From Yuukianura sp. NJ FZ-2021 (taxonomy: Eukaryota): DNA of 64,000 nt. A program made the position numbers and the translations under genes. Position 1 is the stretch's first letter. Each line of letters begins with the position of its first letter. The notes beneath the pieces are model-generated. The model was not told where the DNA came from. It saw only the letters and a program-made list of their open reading frames with translations, and did not search any database. Shown piece after piece: positions 31,901-43,795 of the stretch. Location of the stretch: positions 6,572,001 to 6,636,000 of the forward strand of contig CM102283.1 in NCBI GenBank assembly GCA_046563655.1, in the 5' to 3' direction.

Positions 31901-34900
31901 TGAGCAAAACTTAACACCAGGATTATGTTTGAAGTGGGACAAACTGTGCCGGAGAATTTTAAATTTGAAAAACTTTTCGAGTTTTTCAAAAAATTTCTCA
32001 TGAGACAACGTCAACTTTTCATTCCGGAAGGAAACAAGGGAGAGGATGTGTTGTTGAGCGTCTCATTTATTCTCTAGGGTGAAACTCTTGTCTTCATACT
32101 TTTACTTAAGTTTGTGTGTCGCCATTTCAGAAATGAATCTGAGAAGAAAGCAATTTTAATAAATGCTCGTACAACGCGTCTCTTCCTCCCTCTTATGTCT
32201 TATCTTGTCTCTCAAATGTCATAATTCCCGCTCCGAAATCACGTACGCCATCTTTATCTTATTTTCTCGCTTTCCCTTAGTTACTCTACTTTCCTGAAAA
32301 GAGATTTTCCAATCGATCAATGTTCAAAAACCTTCTTAAAAAGTAGGTAGCAATTTCTTTTAGAACGTGTCACCATACTTTCTCGTTTTTCAATTCCAAA
32401 AAAAAATCAAAAAAAGAAGAATGTTTTTTTTTATTGAAACAGAAACCGAAAGGACAAATGCCTCTTGGTCAAAATTTCATTATGAGAGAAAGAACTTCAC
32501 TTTCACTTCCAAAACAAAGAAAAAGCAAACAACAAAAAAAGTTCTTTAGAGAAAAGTAGGATAAAAAAACTGCATCTTCAAAAACAATTTGAAAAATCAA
32601 ACCAACCAGGCCAAATTAATTTCCAGGTGAAAGCAATTCTACAAGAAAGTGAAAGCACAGGCAAACAAATTATCCGCAATTAAGCAGATGAGTAACTAGG
32701 TTATGTTTACATTTTGTACGGATTCTTAGGTTAATTACTGTTTTCAGGTTAGGTTAGATTAGGTAGGCTTCGTTGCTTTCATATTAGGTCGTCTATTCTG
32801 CTTTTCCTTTGTTAGCATCTCTTCTGTTGGAGTTGTTTGAATAAACTCCTAGTTGACTTGAAGTTGTGTTCATATTTCACTGAATTCCTATGTTGTTTTC
32901 CAAGATTGTGCTTTGGTTTTCATTTTCTCCTGGAAAAGCAGTGAGAGAGAGTTGTGTTGTAATAAATTCCGGTGATCAAAAGAAGACGCACATGTGCTTG
33001 GTTAGGTTTAGGCACCTAACCTAAAGCTAAGGGAGAAATGATTAGCCTCAGCATTCCAGTTGACTTTGAACTCCCGCTTCCCAGCAACGATACGACATCA
33101 AAGGAGACATTGCCAACTCTACACCACTATGTTTTCCCTTTGAAACGACTAACCTTAACATAACCTAACTTATGTAGAACCAAGGTCCTCTCCATCACAC
33201 AACCACCCGCTCCCTTCTGTTCCTACCCTAATTTCATCATCATAATTTTCACTTCATGCCTCGCTTATTTCCTCTTTTCCCCACATCCACTTTCTCTTCC
33301 AACCTAATCCAAAACAAACCTCAGTCAGCCAATCCACACCCACTTCAACGCGGTTTTTCTCAGAACATAACATAACATACAATGCTTTTCATACGTTATG
33401 TTGGTTCATACCTTCTCGGCTTACTAGGTTGGTTAGTTTAGGAAAGTATAAGGTTAGGCTAGGAGTATGTTATGTTTCTCTGTCTATTGTTAAATTGTTA
33501 GGTTTTGGAAGATGCTGGAAGCAAAAGGAAACCTGAAACTGTATTTTCTCTTGAAAACCTATTGAGACTTTCTCTTTTCAAACTGTTCGAAGTGAAATGG
33601 ACAAAAGACACGAAGAGATTCACTTTTCCTGTTCCAGGAAATCGACGTGGGTGGAGAGTGACCTTTACTTTTGAAAAGTAGAGGACACTCACAATAGTGG
33701 TTGCAACATTGTAAAAAAAAACTTTTTTGAAACTCAAAAAAAACTTTCTTGAAACTTTCAAAAAAATGAAAAGAAAAAAAGAAGTCAGCAATCGAAATTG
33801 AAGAGTTTGGTCATGCAGGATGTCGCTCGTGTAAAAAGATGTAATTTGGAAATTTACGGTATTTTAAATTTGGTTTTAACGACAACTCAAAGGATTTTGC
33901 GCAGTGAAAGTTTGTTTAAATGTGTCTTTGTCCATTTTTTTTCTGCTTTTTCTTTAATTTGAACTTTTTTTTGGATTTCAGTTTACTGTAGTCAGCCGCC
34001 GGTAATTGACCACGCGCGACACAACGCTCCAGCGGAACAAACGACATTTCCGCAAGATACTTCACTGCAGTACCAGTGTTTTCCAGGCTACGTCACCAAG
34101 GGCTTTGCTCGTACCAAATGTTTCCTGTACAATGGAACTGCCAAGTGGTTCGGTCCAGACATAACTTGTGAACGTAAGTTTTAGTCTTACTTTTAGGCAC
34201 ATGACTGTTCTTAACACAACAAAAGTCAGAGGACTCATCCTGGATTTAACACACAAATCCAGCCGGAGAAAGACAAAGTTGTAAAAGCCCCAAGAAAAAA
34301 GTACTTTCCAAGAATAACATCCGAAATCTAATACAACCCGTGGAGTGCACCGTACAGCCATAGTTACTCCCTCCACCACTTTTCCTGGAAAAAAACTTTT
34401 TATCCAGCACATACTGCTATAAAGTTTCACTTATTGAAAATTGGGTTGTTCATCTTCCAGTTTTAGTCTCTCCTTCCTGATCAGAATCAAAGATCAAGCG
34501 TCACTCTTCTTCTTCTTGCCTCCGTTCTTTGTTTGTTACCCGGGTAAAACTTTTTTCGGTTTTCTTTTTTTGAAAAAAGAACAAAAGTTATGACACTCCA
34601 GGGAAGCTCCATTTACAACTTTGAGGAAATATTAGTATTCCAAAGCCGCAGACAGGTTTTTTCGAAAACTTTTTTTTAGAAGGAAAACTTTTTGCGGGTA
34701 AACTTGAAAAAAGATCATAATTCGGATTTAATACTCTTTTTTTTTCAAAAAGCGCGAAGTTGTGGTGAACCTGCTGAAATTCTCAATGGACATCGTTCGG
34801 GCAGTTGCTTTCACTTTACCTGTAAAGTGACTTACCATTGCCAAGCGGGATTTGAGCTTTTGGGAAAATCTGAACTGAGTTGCTTGTCCGATGGCACATG

Positions 34901-37900
34901 GAGTCCTGCTGACCTTCCAACGTGTGTCCGTAAGTTTTGAGGTCAAAGGTCAACTTTAAGTTTAATTGCTTAGGGTTCACATTTTTATTGGCGTTTTCTA
35001 GCTGTCCAGTGTCCAATTCCGGAAAATCCGCAACATGGCAAGGCCGTTTTCAGCACAGTGTCGTTCAATTCGTATGTCAACTACGAGTGCAAGTATGGCT
35101 TCATGCTGGTGGGTGAAGGAAATAGAAGATGCGGTGCAAATAAGAAATGGACAGATGCTGAACCACTTTGCAAAGGTATTTTTTAAATTTGAACGTTCCC
35201 GCTCTTTTAGATTTTTTGAAATTAGATAAAGTTAGCTTCCTGCATGTCTGTTTTTCTTTCATTTCTGTGACCTTTGATATGTTTTGTTGTCAGAAATCAA
35301 CTGTGGGAGTCCCGGACTCCTTCACAATGGTTGGCTGGAGGGGTCAAGGACGACGCTCCATGCAGTAGTGCTGTTTCACTGTCTCCAAGGAACAGCATTC
35401 GATGGGGCAGACAGAGCAGTGTGTCAATCTGACGGAACTTGGTCACATCCCCTGCCAAAATGTTACGGTACAATTTTCAAAAAAAATTGAAAAGATTCAA
35501 CTTTCACCAAAATCAAAAAAAGAAGAGATTTTATCGAAAATTCATTTTGAACCTGGGAAAAATGTGTGACGAGAGAGAATTTTCAAAGCAAAAACAGCAA
35601 ACACGATTGTTCAATTTTTAAAAATTCATTGAAAAACTTTTTCTTCGGTGTTTTTTCGACGGGTTTTCTTTCAAGCAATTTTTTTTTTCAAAATTGGCAG
35701 TTTTTGACAATAGAAAATTTGGATGCAATTGGTTGTGACGAAATTTGTTACAAATTGCAGGGCGGGAAAAAATGATGATGATTTGAAATTGTACGTTTCT
35801 GGAAAATAATGAAGGATTTCCGGGACCTCCACTTGCAGTTGACTTTCTACTTTCTCTTTTCCTTTCCTTGTGTTTACTCCCAGTTGCTTTTGATTCGATT
35901 ATGCTAGGTTGGTTAGGTTAGCCTAACATACCCTTATTATTAACCTAACTAACCTAAACCATGATTTAGGTCAATCAGTTCCTCTTTATGTCCATATTTA
36001 GAAATCAACTGCGGAGATCCCGGAGTCCTTGCCAACGGTTGGGTAGACAATGTTGAGCGGAATTGGGGCGTAGGGGCGTCACTCATTTTTCGGTGTTTTG
36101 ATGGCATGACGTTGGTGGGACACAGTTCGTCCGTGTGCCACGTCGATGGCTCCTGGAGATACCCGGTTCCTCAGTGCCTGGGTCAGTTTTTAGTAGTACT
36201 AAATCCCCATTCATGTTCCGAGTCACTTAAGGGCCCCCAGAACTCAAAGTACCTCTGGAGTACCTTCCAGCAAGGTTTTTTGACTTTGATTGTTTTTAAC
36301 ATGTTGGCTGATACCTTATGTCTTTTTTGATTTTGCATAAAAAGTAACCTATCATTTCAGAGCATCGTAGTGAAAACAATACAGCCGAGTTTTTTAAATT
36401 TTGCACACGATTTGGTAACATTTTTTTGAATTTGTACTAAAATTGGTACCAATTTTTGTTTTTTGTTTTTTTTTGTCAGCAAGCGAGGTAGTACCCAACC
36501 TGTTAAAGAAAATTCGCTATTAGTTGTCAAGGAACCTTGCCTTCCAGAACCGATGTGTTGTGTCTGAAGGTCGTTAAAAGAAAATGGAGAGGTCATTAAC
36601 CGTTCTCTCTCGTCCCCCAGTCTCTCCCTCGTCATTGAGTAATGGCCCAATTAATTCGTTTATGTCTCTAAAGCTCCCTGTACGATTCCTCCCGTTGCCT
36701 ATGGAAACGTGACCTCTCGACCTGACATTCATGGAGCCACAAACGAAACGGCTAATACGATTCCAGTCATTTTAAGACCAGGAACGATCGTTCCGCATGG
36801 AAAGGTCATTGGAGTTCAATGTGAAAAGAAGTACGAACCTACCTATAACATTACACCCTCCACTTGCTTCAATGGTACATGGACTCATGCTCCAAAATGT
36901 CAACCAGGTTACAAAATTTTTCAAAAAATCAAAATTTTGAAAAAAGTTTATGAAGTTGAAGTATTGCTCAATGTTCCATAGCTCGTTGTAAGCACTTGCC
37001 GAAAACTCCTAGGAACGGAATGGTTATTGCTCCTAAAATGGAACATGGAATGAAAGCGCGTTATCGATGTCGCGATGGCTTTAACCTGATTGGTCAAAAT
37101 GTTACGGAATGTCAATATGGTGACTGGATTGGCGAACCACCGATTTGCAATCAGAGTAAGTGGTTTCTAGAACTAATGAAATGTTATATGCTAATGAAAT
37201 GTTATGTTAATTTTGTGGGATTACCTTATGCATATGCTATTAGCCTACTGTAAGTATCCTGGAAGCATTCTAAACGGTAAAGTACTTTTGGTTGGAAACA
37301 TGGGACTCTACGACTACAGAAACTACGTTACTAAGGTTGCCAACAACCGTCAAATTACTTTCGACTGTGACAAGGGCTACGTTCTATCTGAAGGGCCCCT
37401 TGGCAAAACTTGTCTTCACGGAGAGTGGTCACCTAAAGCAGATCCGCCAAGGTTAGTCTGCGCATGTGCAAAAAGAAACTACTTTTCTTTCACCATTTTA
37501 CGAAATTGTGTGACGTGGATAGTTTCCCCCAAGCTTGTTAAACAAAAAGAAATACTTTTTGAAAATTCGAGTTATTGCCTAACCTGTTAAAGAAAAACTA
37601 ACTCGTTGTCAAGACACCTTGGTTTCCCCATTTTTGCTACAGAATCCAAAATAAAAATTCATTTTTTCGAAATATTCAGATGCATTCCGAGTCAGCATCC
37701 AAACTTTCGTTGGATTCGACGCAAGCGTCGTGCCATTAAAGCTGGTGGTGGAAGTCTTGTTAGAAATAACAAGGCAATGGGCGGTGGTGGTGGTTCTGGA
37801 GCACGACGTGGGTCGCGGCGGCGCAAACTGCCGGACGGTGAAGAAGATTATGATCCAAGTAAGTTTCCAAAATTTTTGAAACTTTCACGGAATTTTGAAA

Positions 37901-40900
37901 TTTGGATTTGAATTGTTTGAAGCTCCTATGCTCTGCGAGGACTTGGACGAAGATCCTTACATTCAGTACGAAGTGATTGAGCACGGTGAAGATGATAACA
38001 GTTCCTTTACTGCTGGTACGGTGCTCAAGGTCAGTTGCACGGCAGGTTTCGGCGTCAACTTACAAAATACGACTGTTCGTTGTGTCCACGGTGGCTGGAA
38101 ACCGACTTTACCGCAGTGCGATGCACGTAAGAAACTCAATTTTTGGAATTTGGAGCTAATTTTAAATTGAATTTTGCTCGAGTGTTAATTTTCCCGGGCT
38201 TTTTAAGTTCCCTGCAAAACTCCGCATATTTGGCATGGATCGTTTTTCAACGGCACCGTCCCTTCGAAGCTCCTCTATTTTCAGGAAGTTGTGAAGCACT
38301 CAAAGCAGATCGAACTCCGCTGTAGCAAAGGCTACGTCCTCAGCGGACCTGCCAGAATGACCTGTTGGTATGGTGAGTGGGACGTTCTGGAACCACCTGA
38401 ATGCATTGCAGGTTTGGAGCGCATTTTCAAAAAAAAAAATTCCAAAATTTTGAAAAATATTATATCCAGAAAATCTTCTTCCAGCTACTTGTACGCTCCC
38501 ACCAATAGAATATGGAACCTATCTTGGAGGTCATCGCTCTAATGCAATCATTCAGCACAACATTGAAGTACGATTGTTTGATTCATTTTTTAAAAAGTAG
38601 AAGTTTTTTTGAAAAAGGAATTAATCTTGCTTAGAAAACCGAAAAAATATTTTTTATGCACCACCGACTCCTTTCGAAAGCCATAAAGTAAGAAATCAAT
38701 TGGAAGTGCACCCCATAAAACTTTTCTTTTAGAGTTGTGCACCGATGGAATTTATTACCCATCCCCACCATATATACTTTGTGTCCTTGGCTCAAGTAGA
38801 AGGTTACATTAGGTTAAGCTAACCTAATGTAAAATGGAAAGTTGGAGGTCACAAGGTCATTTCCATATTTTGGTGATTTTGACTCCGTAGGTGGACTATG
38901 TGTGTGGAGGGGACTTCCGGAAGATCAGTCCTGGCCCAAGTCGTTGCCATTTGGGAGAATGGCGCCCCAGTAAGCCCCACTGCTTCCATTCTTCTGTGGC
39001 ATTCAACTACACTGACTTGGAGTACTCTGAAACTGGAAGCAGCAGACGCCCCAGGGGTGACGCAAGGTCGTTTTTGTCCAGAGGAGCCATTCCAGGAGCT
39101 TTGAATACCCGGAAACCATGTATTCAACCGCCAAAAGAGCGTGGAGCGATTGCCTACTTTGAAGGCAGACCGATTGACTACGCTCATGATTTCAGGTAAT
39201 ATCACGAATTTAAGTAGTAAGAATCCCAATTTCAGGTAGGAAAACGATTTCAAGCAAAATCGAGATTTCAGGATTGCTGGTAAAATCCCGATTACAGGCA
39301 CGAAAACGATTTGAGGTAAAATCGTGATTTCACATGGGAACACAATTGCTGGTAAAATCGTGATTGTAAGGATTAAGAGGAAATACGCATTTCAGGTAGG
39401 AATGTGATTTCGAAAAAATTGTGACTTCAGGTAGGAAGAGGAACGCGATTTCAGGCAGGAATGCGATTTTTGCTGAAATCGTGTTTGCAGGTAGATCGCG
39501 ATTTTAAGTTAAATTTTTGTTTTAGTCGCGGCTGGGATTTCAGGTACGACCAGGTAGGAGTTTTTTATGACGTTGAAATCGTTTCCGTAGTTTTAAATCG
39601 CTTGCCCAAACGTCCCCTTTGAGCGTTTGAAATCCAGGAAAATGCAAAACAACGTCCATTTTTCTTGTGCGTTCCAGAAGTTGCTGGAAAGAGTCCAAGG
39701 GGAGCCGCTAAGATTATCCCATTCATTTTGTCCAAAGTCCCACCTTAATCCCACCGCCATCCAGGAACTCCAGTCAGAGTCAGATAAATAATAAAAATAT
39801 ACTCTACAGCACGCTCGTTCTCAAAAACTTCCAGAACACTCTTGTTCTAAAAAAGGGAAAAAGCGAAAGCTTCTGTTTTCTATTTGAGCACGTCGCTTGA
39901 CTAAAACTTTTCACTTTTTTAGCTTTCCAGACGAATCCGTGACGTTGTATAAATGTTCCAATCCGAAATCCAAGGCCAAAAACCGCTGGAAGATCACGTG
40001 TGAAGATGGAAACTGGACCGGATCTAGAATGACTTGCGGTAAAAAAAATCGCGGGAAAATTCAACACTTGAAAATGCTTTAGTTTACTTGAGAATCAAGT
40101 TCCGTGAAATCCGATTCTTGATTTCTAAGTCAATATGAATTTTTTGCGAACATGTTCTAAAAAAGTTTTGTTCAAACAGAAATAATTGAATTGAAATTGA
40201 TTTTTCTTGTTTTTTCTAAATAGAGGGAGATGTGCCTGAGGGCTTGGTGGAGAGTTTACTTAAAATGATCAATGGTCCTTGTCTTTTTGATAAAAAAGAA
40301 GACCATGTCGTAACTTTTTTCAATAATCAGGAAGTTGACAAGGAAGATGTTGAGTATCCATCGTCGACATTTTTGGTAAGCATTTACGAAAAAAAACTTT
40401 GACCTACATTTTTTTAACAGATTTTTGCTTCTGAAATTGGCCAATTTCTTTTATTGACCTATGTGATGAAATGACCTTTCATTTCTTTCTTTGGCATAAC
40501 CTAATCTCCGAAATAGCCTAACTTATTCTGTATCTTGCAGATCTCAAGATGTTCCGACATTGGGAAGTTTGAGATGCATGGTTCATGGTGGAGAAAATGT
40601 GTGTCTGGCCAATGGCTTGGCATTAAGCCAACTTGTGAAGGCCTAAGTCAGTTCAATGATTATTCACGTAAGGATTAGCTTTCTCCGCAGTAGCATCACA
40701 GACTTTCTCCAACTTCCTGCCAAGTTATAAATGACTTTCTCTTCTTTACGTTAGGCTACTCTTGTTAACTTGGGCAATTCGCTTGTCCATTTTCTAGGTT
40801 ATTTCTTGTGGAAAGTGGACCTAACCAATCCCATTCTTTTGTTATTCGACTTGTTCGATACTTAAGTTTCTTCCGTTTGGACACAAATCAATGGAGAGTC

Positions 40901-42652
40901 ATTTATCTCTCGCGCTTGAGTGACTCTAAAGAGTCTTTTAGCTTTCATGTATTCTGAAAAACCTAGAAAGCCTAACCCAAATATCTAAGCCTAACTTAAA
41001 GCCTAATCTGAAATGATGATGAATTGTTTGGACAATTTACTAGTCGACAGACCACCGACCATCCTCTTTCGTCAAGTCAATGGTTCTATGATCCAGAGTA
41101 ATGATGGGAAGATGGTCGTTTATCCTGGAACGACGCTCCACATGGAATGCATTTGGATGCGCAAGTTCGGACGGCCGAGATGGGATCATCCCAACAACAG
41201 CTTTCCATTGAGGCATTAGCACAACATAGAAAAAACGATTTTTTTTTCAAAATTTTGCATTTTGAAACGTGAAAGTAGCTTTTTTTTTTAATTTAGAACT
41301 TACGAAATTGGTTGGACAAATGACACTGGACGAGAAGCTACGCTGGAATACCGTATAACTGTGGATAATGCCCAAGAAGAAGATTCAGGCCTCTATACGT
41401 GCACGACTCCATCAAAACATGCCCACAAAGTGGAAGTTGTTGTTAAACGTAAGCATATATTTAATTTGATACGGAAAAAGGCGGTATTTTGGAACTTTAC
41501 ATTTTAAATTTTTGGCGCGCGTGGGTTTGATTAATTTGAATTTGAACAGGGGTTGACTGTCCAAAGCATCCGGAGCATGACGACTTGCAGTACTCTTCAA
41601 TGAACCGCGAACTTGGGACGATCGTGACATTCAACTGTAGCAGCGGAAATGCAGTCGTTGGAGCGGAGATGATTTATTGCACGGCAGAAGGAACTTGGTC
41701 TGCTCCTTACCCACGCTGTGAAAGTAAACTCCAGCCAATTTTGAACTTTTGAAGAAAAAAAAAGTTTGCCGCCAAAACACTTTTGCTTGTTTTGTTGTAG
41801 ATGTTGAATGTGCTGACATCTCCATTTTACCGGCAATGGCTCCGCTGGCTTACACTGCTGTTACTAGAAACGGAACTTTGGTTAGAAACGAAACGGCTCC
41901 ACCGAAGATAACAATTGGTGGACGAAACGTCGGAGCGAAGGCGTACTTTACATGTCCAGTGGGTTTTGTTATTCATGGAGCTTCGGAAGCAACTTGCCAG
42001 ACCTCTGGAGAGTGGTCAGCAAATATCCCCCTCTGCAAAGGTAGCCAAAACAATTTGAGCTAAAGGTTTTTCAAATTTTATATAATTATGTATACTGTGC
42101 CATATAATTTTAAAATAGAGATTTGAAACAAAAATTTAAAGTGTTTATGATACTGTAGAGGTGGAATGTGCCGATCCGGACCCGCCCGATAACGGTCACG
42201 TGTCAGGGTCCGGGACGCCGTACAAGGCGGGAGATTTCGCCCAATTTGAATGTGACCACGGATTTATGCTGGAGTCGAGTCAGAACACTGTAGAATGTTT
42301 GGGCACTGGAAAATGGTCGAGGATTTCTCGACTCAAATGTAATTTTCAAAAATTCTCATCCCGCTTGAGGCTCATAAGCCAGGATTTAGGGTAATTTTGA
42401 AAAAAAAATTAATTCCGTTTTGGTTTTCTTCTGGAATTAGGTGTGCAGGCTTGCACTTATCCAGGAACGATAATCGGTGGCACAATTTCGGAAGTTCGTT
42501 TCAACTACAAAGTGAATGAGACGGTGACATTTGACTGTACGGAGGGCTATACGCTCATTGGAGCCAGAATGCTCCATTGCTTGAAAAATGGAAAGTGGTC
42601 AAATTCAGTGCCCACTTGCGTTCCAAACAGAAATGGAACCAGGGCTTCGTAG
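25980..42652 (+). CDS. Secreted WAP + multi-CCP (sushi) + Ig synaptic scaffold protein with a Hasp/LEV-9-like N-terminal half and a Hikaru genki-like C-terminal half; about 25 exons
   Basis: Signal exon 25980-26040 (MSLCHFVLFLGLYFCFLHFT). WAP exon 26529-26765 (CLRKCVSDEDCKSKRKKCLCDGPCGLSC). CCP exons start at 31564. RWIRRKRR near 37708, RGD at 39053-39061, Hig-type Ig region (PPTILFRQ...QSNDGKMVVYPGTTLHMECIWMRKFG). Stop TAG at 42652. Confidence 0.9.
26271..26438. mobile_element. 168-bp MITE with ~48-bp subterminal inverted repeats and 9-bp TSD (Mutator-like), in intron 1 of the WAP-CCP gene
   Basis: Direct repeat AGCGTGCAT at 26262-26270 and 26439-26447. Arms CAGGTAATTTGGTCGGAA...GAGGTCGGCA and TGCCGACCTC...AAATAACCTG have about 4 mismatches. 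Internal AACCT repeats. Confidence 0.85.
29236..29382 (-). CDS. Nested antisense Lys/Glu-rich smORF, 48 aa (MPPKSEKKEFVPKPNSKSEKNKPKGGKAKEEQRAKMKAKEAEKKAAKS)
   Basis: Strong GC3 codon bias within an AT-rich intron. A TTTTAG acceptor lies just upstream (~29410) and a GTAAGT donor near 29730 defines a non-coding first exon. Confidence 0.7.
   Translation of the reverse strand: MPPKSEKKEFVPKPNSKSEKNKPKGGKAKEEQRAKMKAKEAEKKAAKS
31128..31495. mobile_element. 368-bp hAT-type MITE with 13-bp TIR and 8-bp TSD
   Basis: TIRs CAGTGTTGCTGGA and TCCAGCTACACTG (1 mismatch). TSD GTGTCTAA at 31120-31127 and 31496-31503 fits the nTnnnnAn pattern. Subterminal inverted repeats TGGAAGAAATG...GATGAA. Confidence 0.85.
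39185..39560 (+). repeat. Degenerate ~18-bp minisatellite (GATTTCAGGTAnnAATCG-like) beginning at an exon-intron junction
   Basis: Many degenerate copies of CGATTTCAGGTA-like words. The first copy is the real donor at 39195/39196. Confidence 0.75.
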
Positions 42653-42904
42653 ATTCAGTTGCATGAAACAAGCTGAATTAAAAAAAAACGAAATTTTCTC
42701 AAAATTATGAAACTCGAATTTCAACACTTTATTCAACGTCAAAGCTTCAACATTCCAGTAGTGTGTATTACTTTTAGATTTAATGACAATAAATTTACAA
42801 ACGATGAATAATGTGTTTTTATGTCATTTTTAATGAGTTACTTAAAGTTTTCACAAGTTTTGCTTCAGAATTGTATCCACTGAATGTTGCTGTTGGAGCT
42901 TTTG

Positions 42905-43194
42905 TTAAAAACCGATACAGCAAATCATCTCCGTAGTATCGTTGGGAGTACGATCACATCCTCCGTCAATTCGTCTTCCTCGACCCGTACAAGCTTGACG
43001 TGAAACACAAACCCCAGTTCGGTTTTTACATTGTTCTAGTCAAACAAAAATTCTTAAATTTCAAAGTTCAGCGAATTTTGAGTTTTGGAATTTAAGAATG
43101 TAGTATTTGCCTCACCTAAAATTCCTGAAGTCATATCCAGTCCAACTGCCACTAACAAAATGGCAACCAAAAAGTAGCTTTTTACTGAAGCCAT
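42905..43194 (-). CDS. Small secreted 6-Cys peptide, 69 aa, with beta-defensin-like spacing; exons 43194-43116, 43035-42905
   Basis: MASVKSYFLVAILLVAVGLDMTSGIL|EQCKNRTGVCVSRQACTGRGRRIDGGCDRTPNDTTEMICCIGF*. Phase-1 GT-AG intron. Spacing C-x6-C-x5-C-x10-C-x11-CC. Confidence 0.8.
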
Positions 43195-43795
43195 TTTTCA
43201 AAATGTTTTGAAGTTGGAAATCTGAGAACGTTCGTTTAACAGGTTTGAAAATTAAATGATAGCTAAAATTTAACTTTATGTGTGTTGTGGCGCAGTTTTA
43301 TTTGGAATTGAAGGTAATTGGCGATGTGAGTGACTAATTCCAGGAAAGTTTTCCATGAAATGCTTACTCAAGTGAAGAAATTTAAATTAACACAAAGCCA
43401 CAGCATCCTTCAGCAATTGTAAATTTTTCTATTGTGTTTCTAACAACTAGCATTAGTGCAAAGTGACATAACAGAGTCGAGGTTTTAGTCCAAGTTTATT
43501 GTGCTGTTCCAATTTCCAAGACTTATTCACTTAAAAATCACAATTGCTTGAATCCATGAATCTTAAGTGGATTTTTACCACATACAGCTCCTATCCAAGT
43601 AAATTAGATTTTAGACTTCTGCTAATTAACACTTGAGTGAAATTTTAGTAATTAACACTTAAATACCCATTTGGTGCTAATTACTCTTAATTGACGGACA
43701 TTCGTCCCTAAATACTTTTTTACGCTATAAATATTGACGATTCTGCCCCAAAACTTCAAAATCCTTTTCATTTAAGAAGTTTTCTTTTGAGCACA

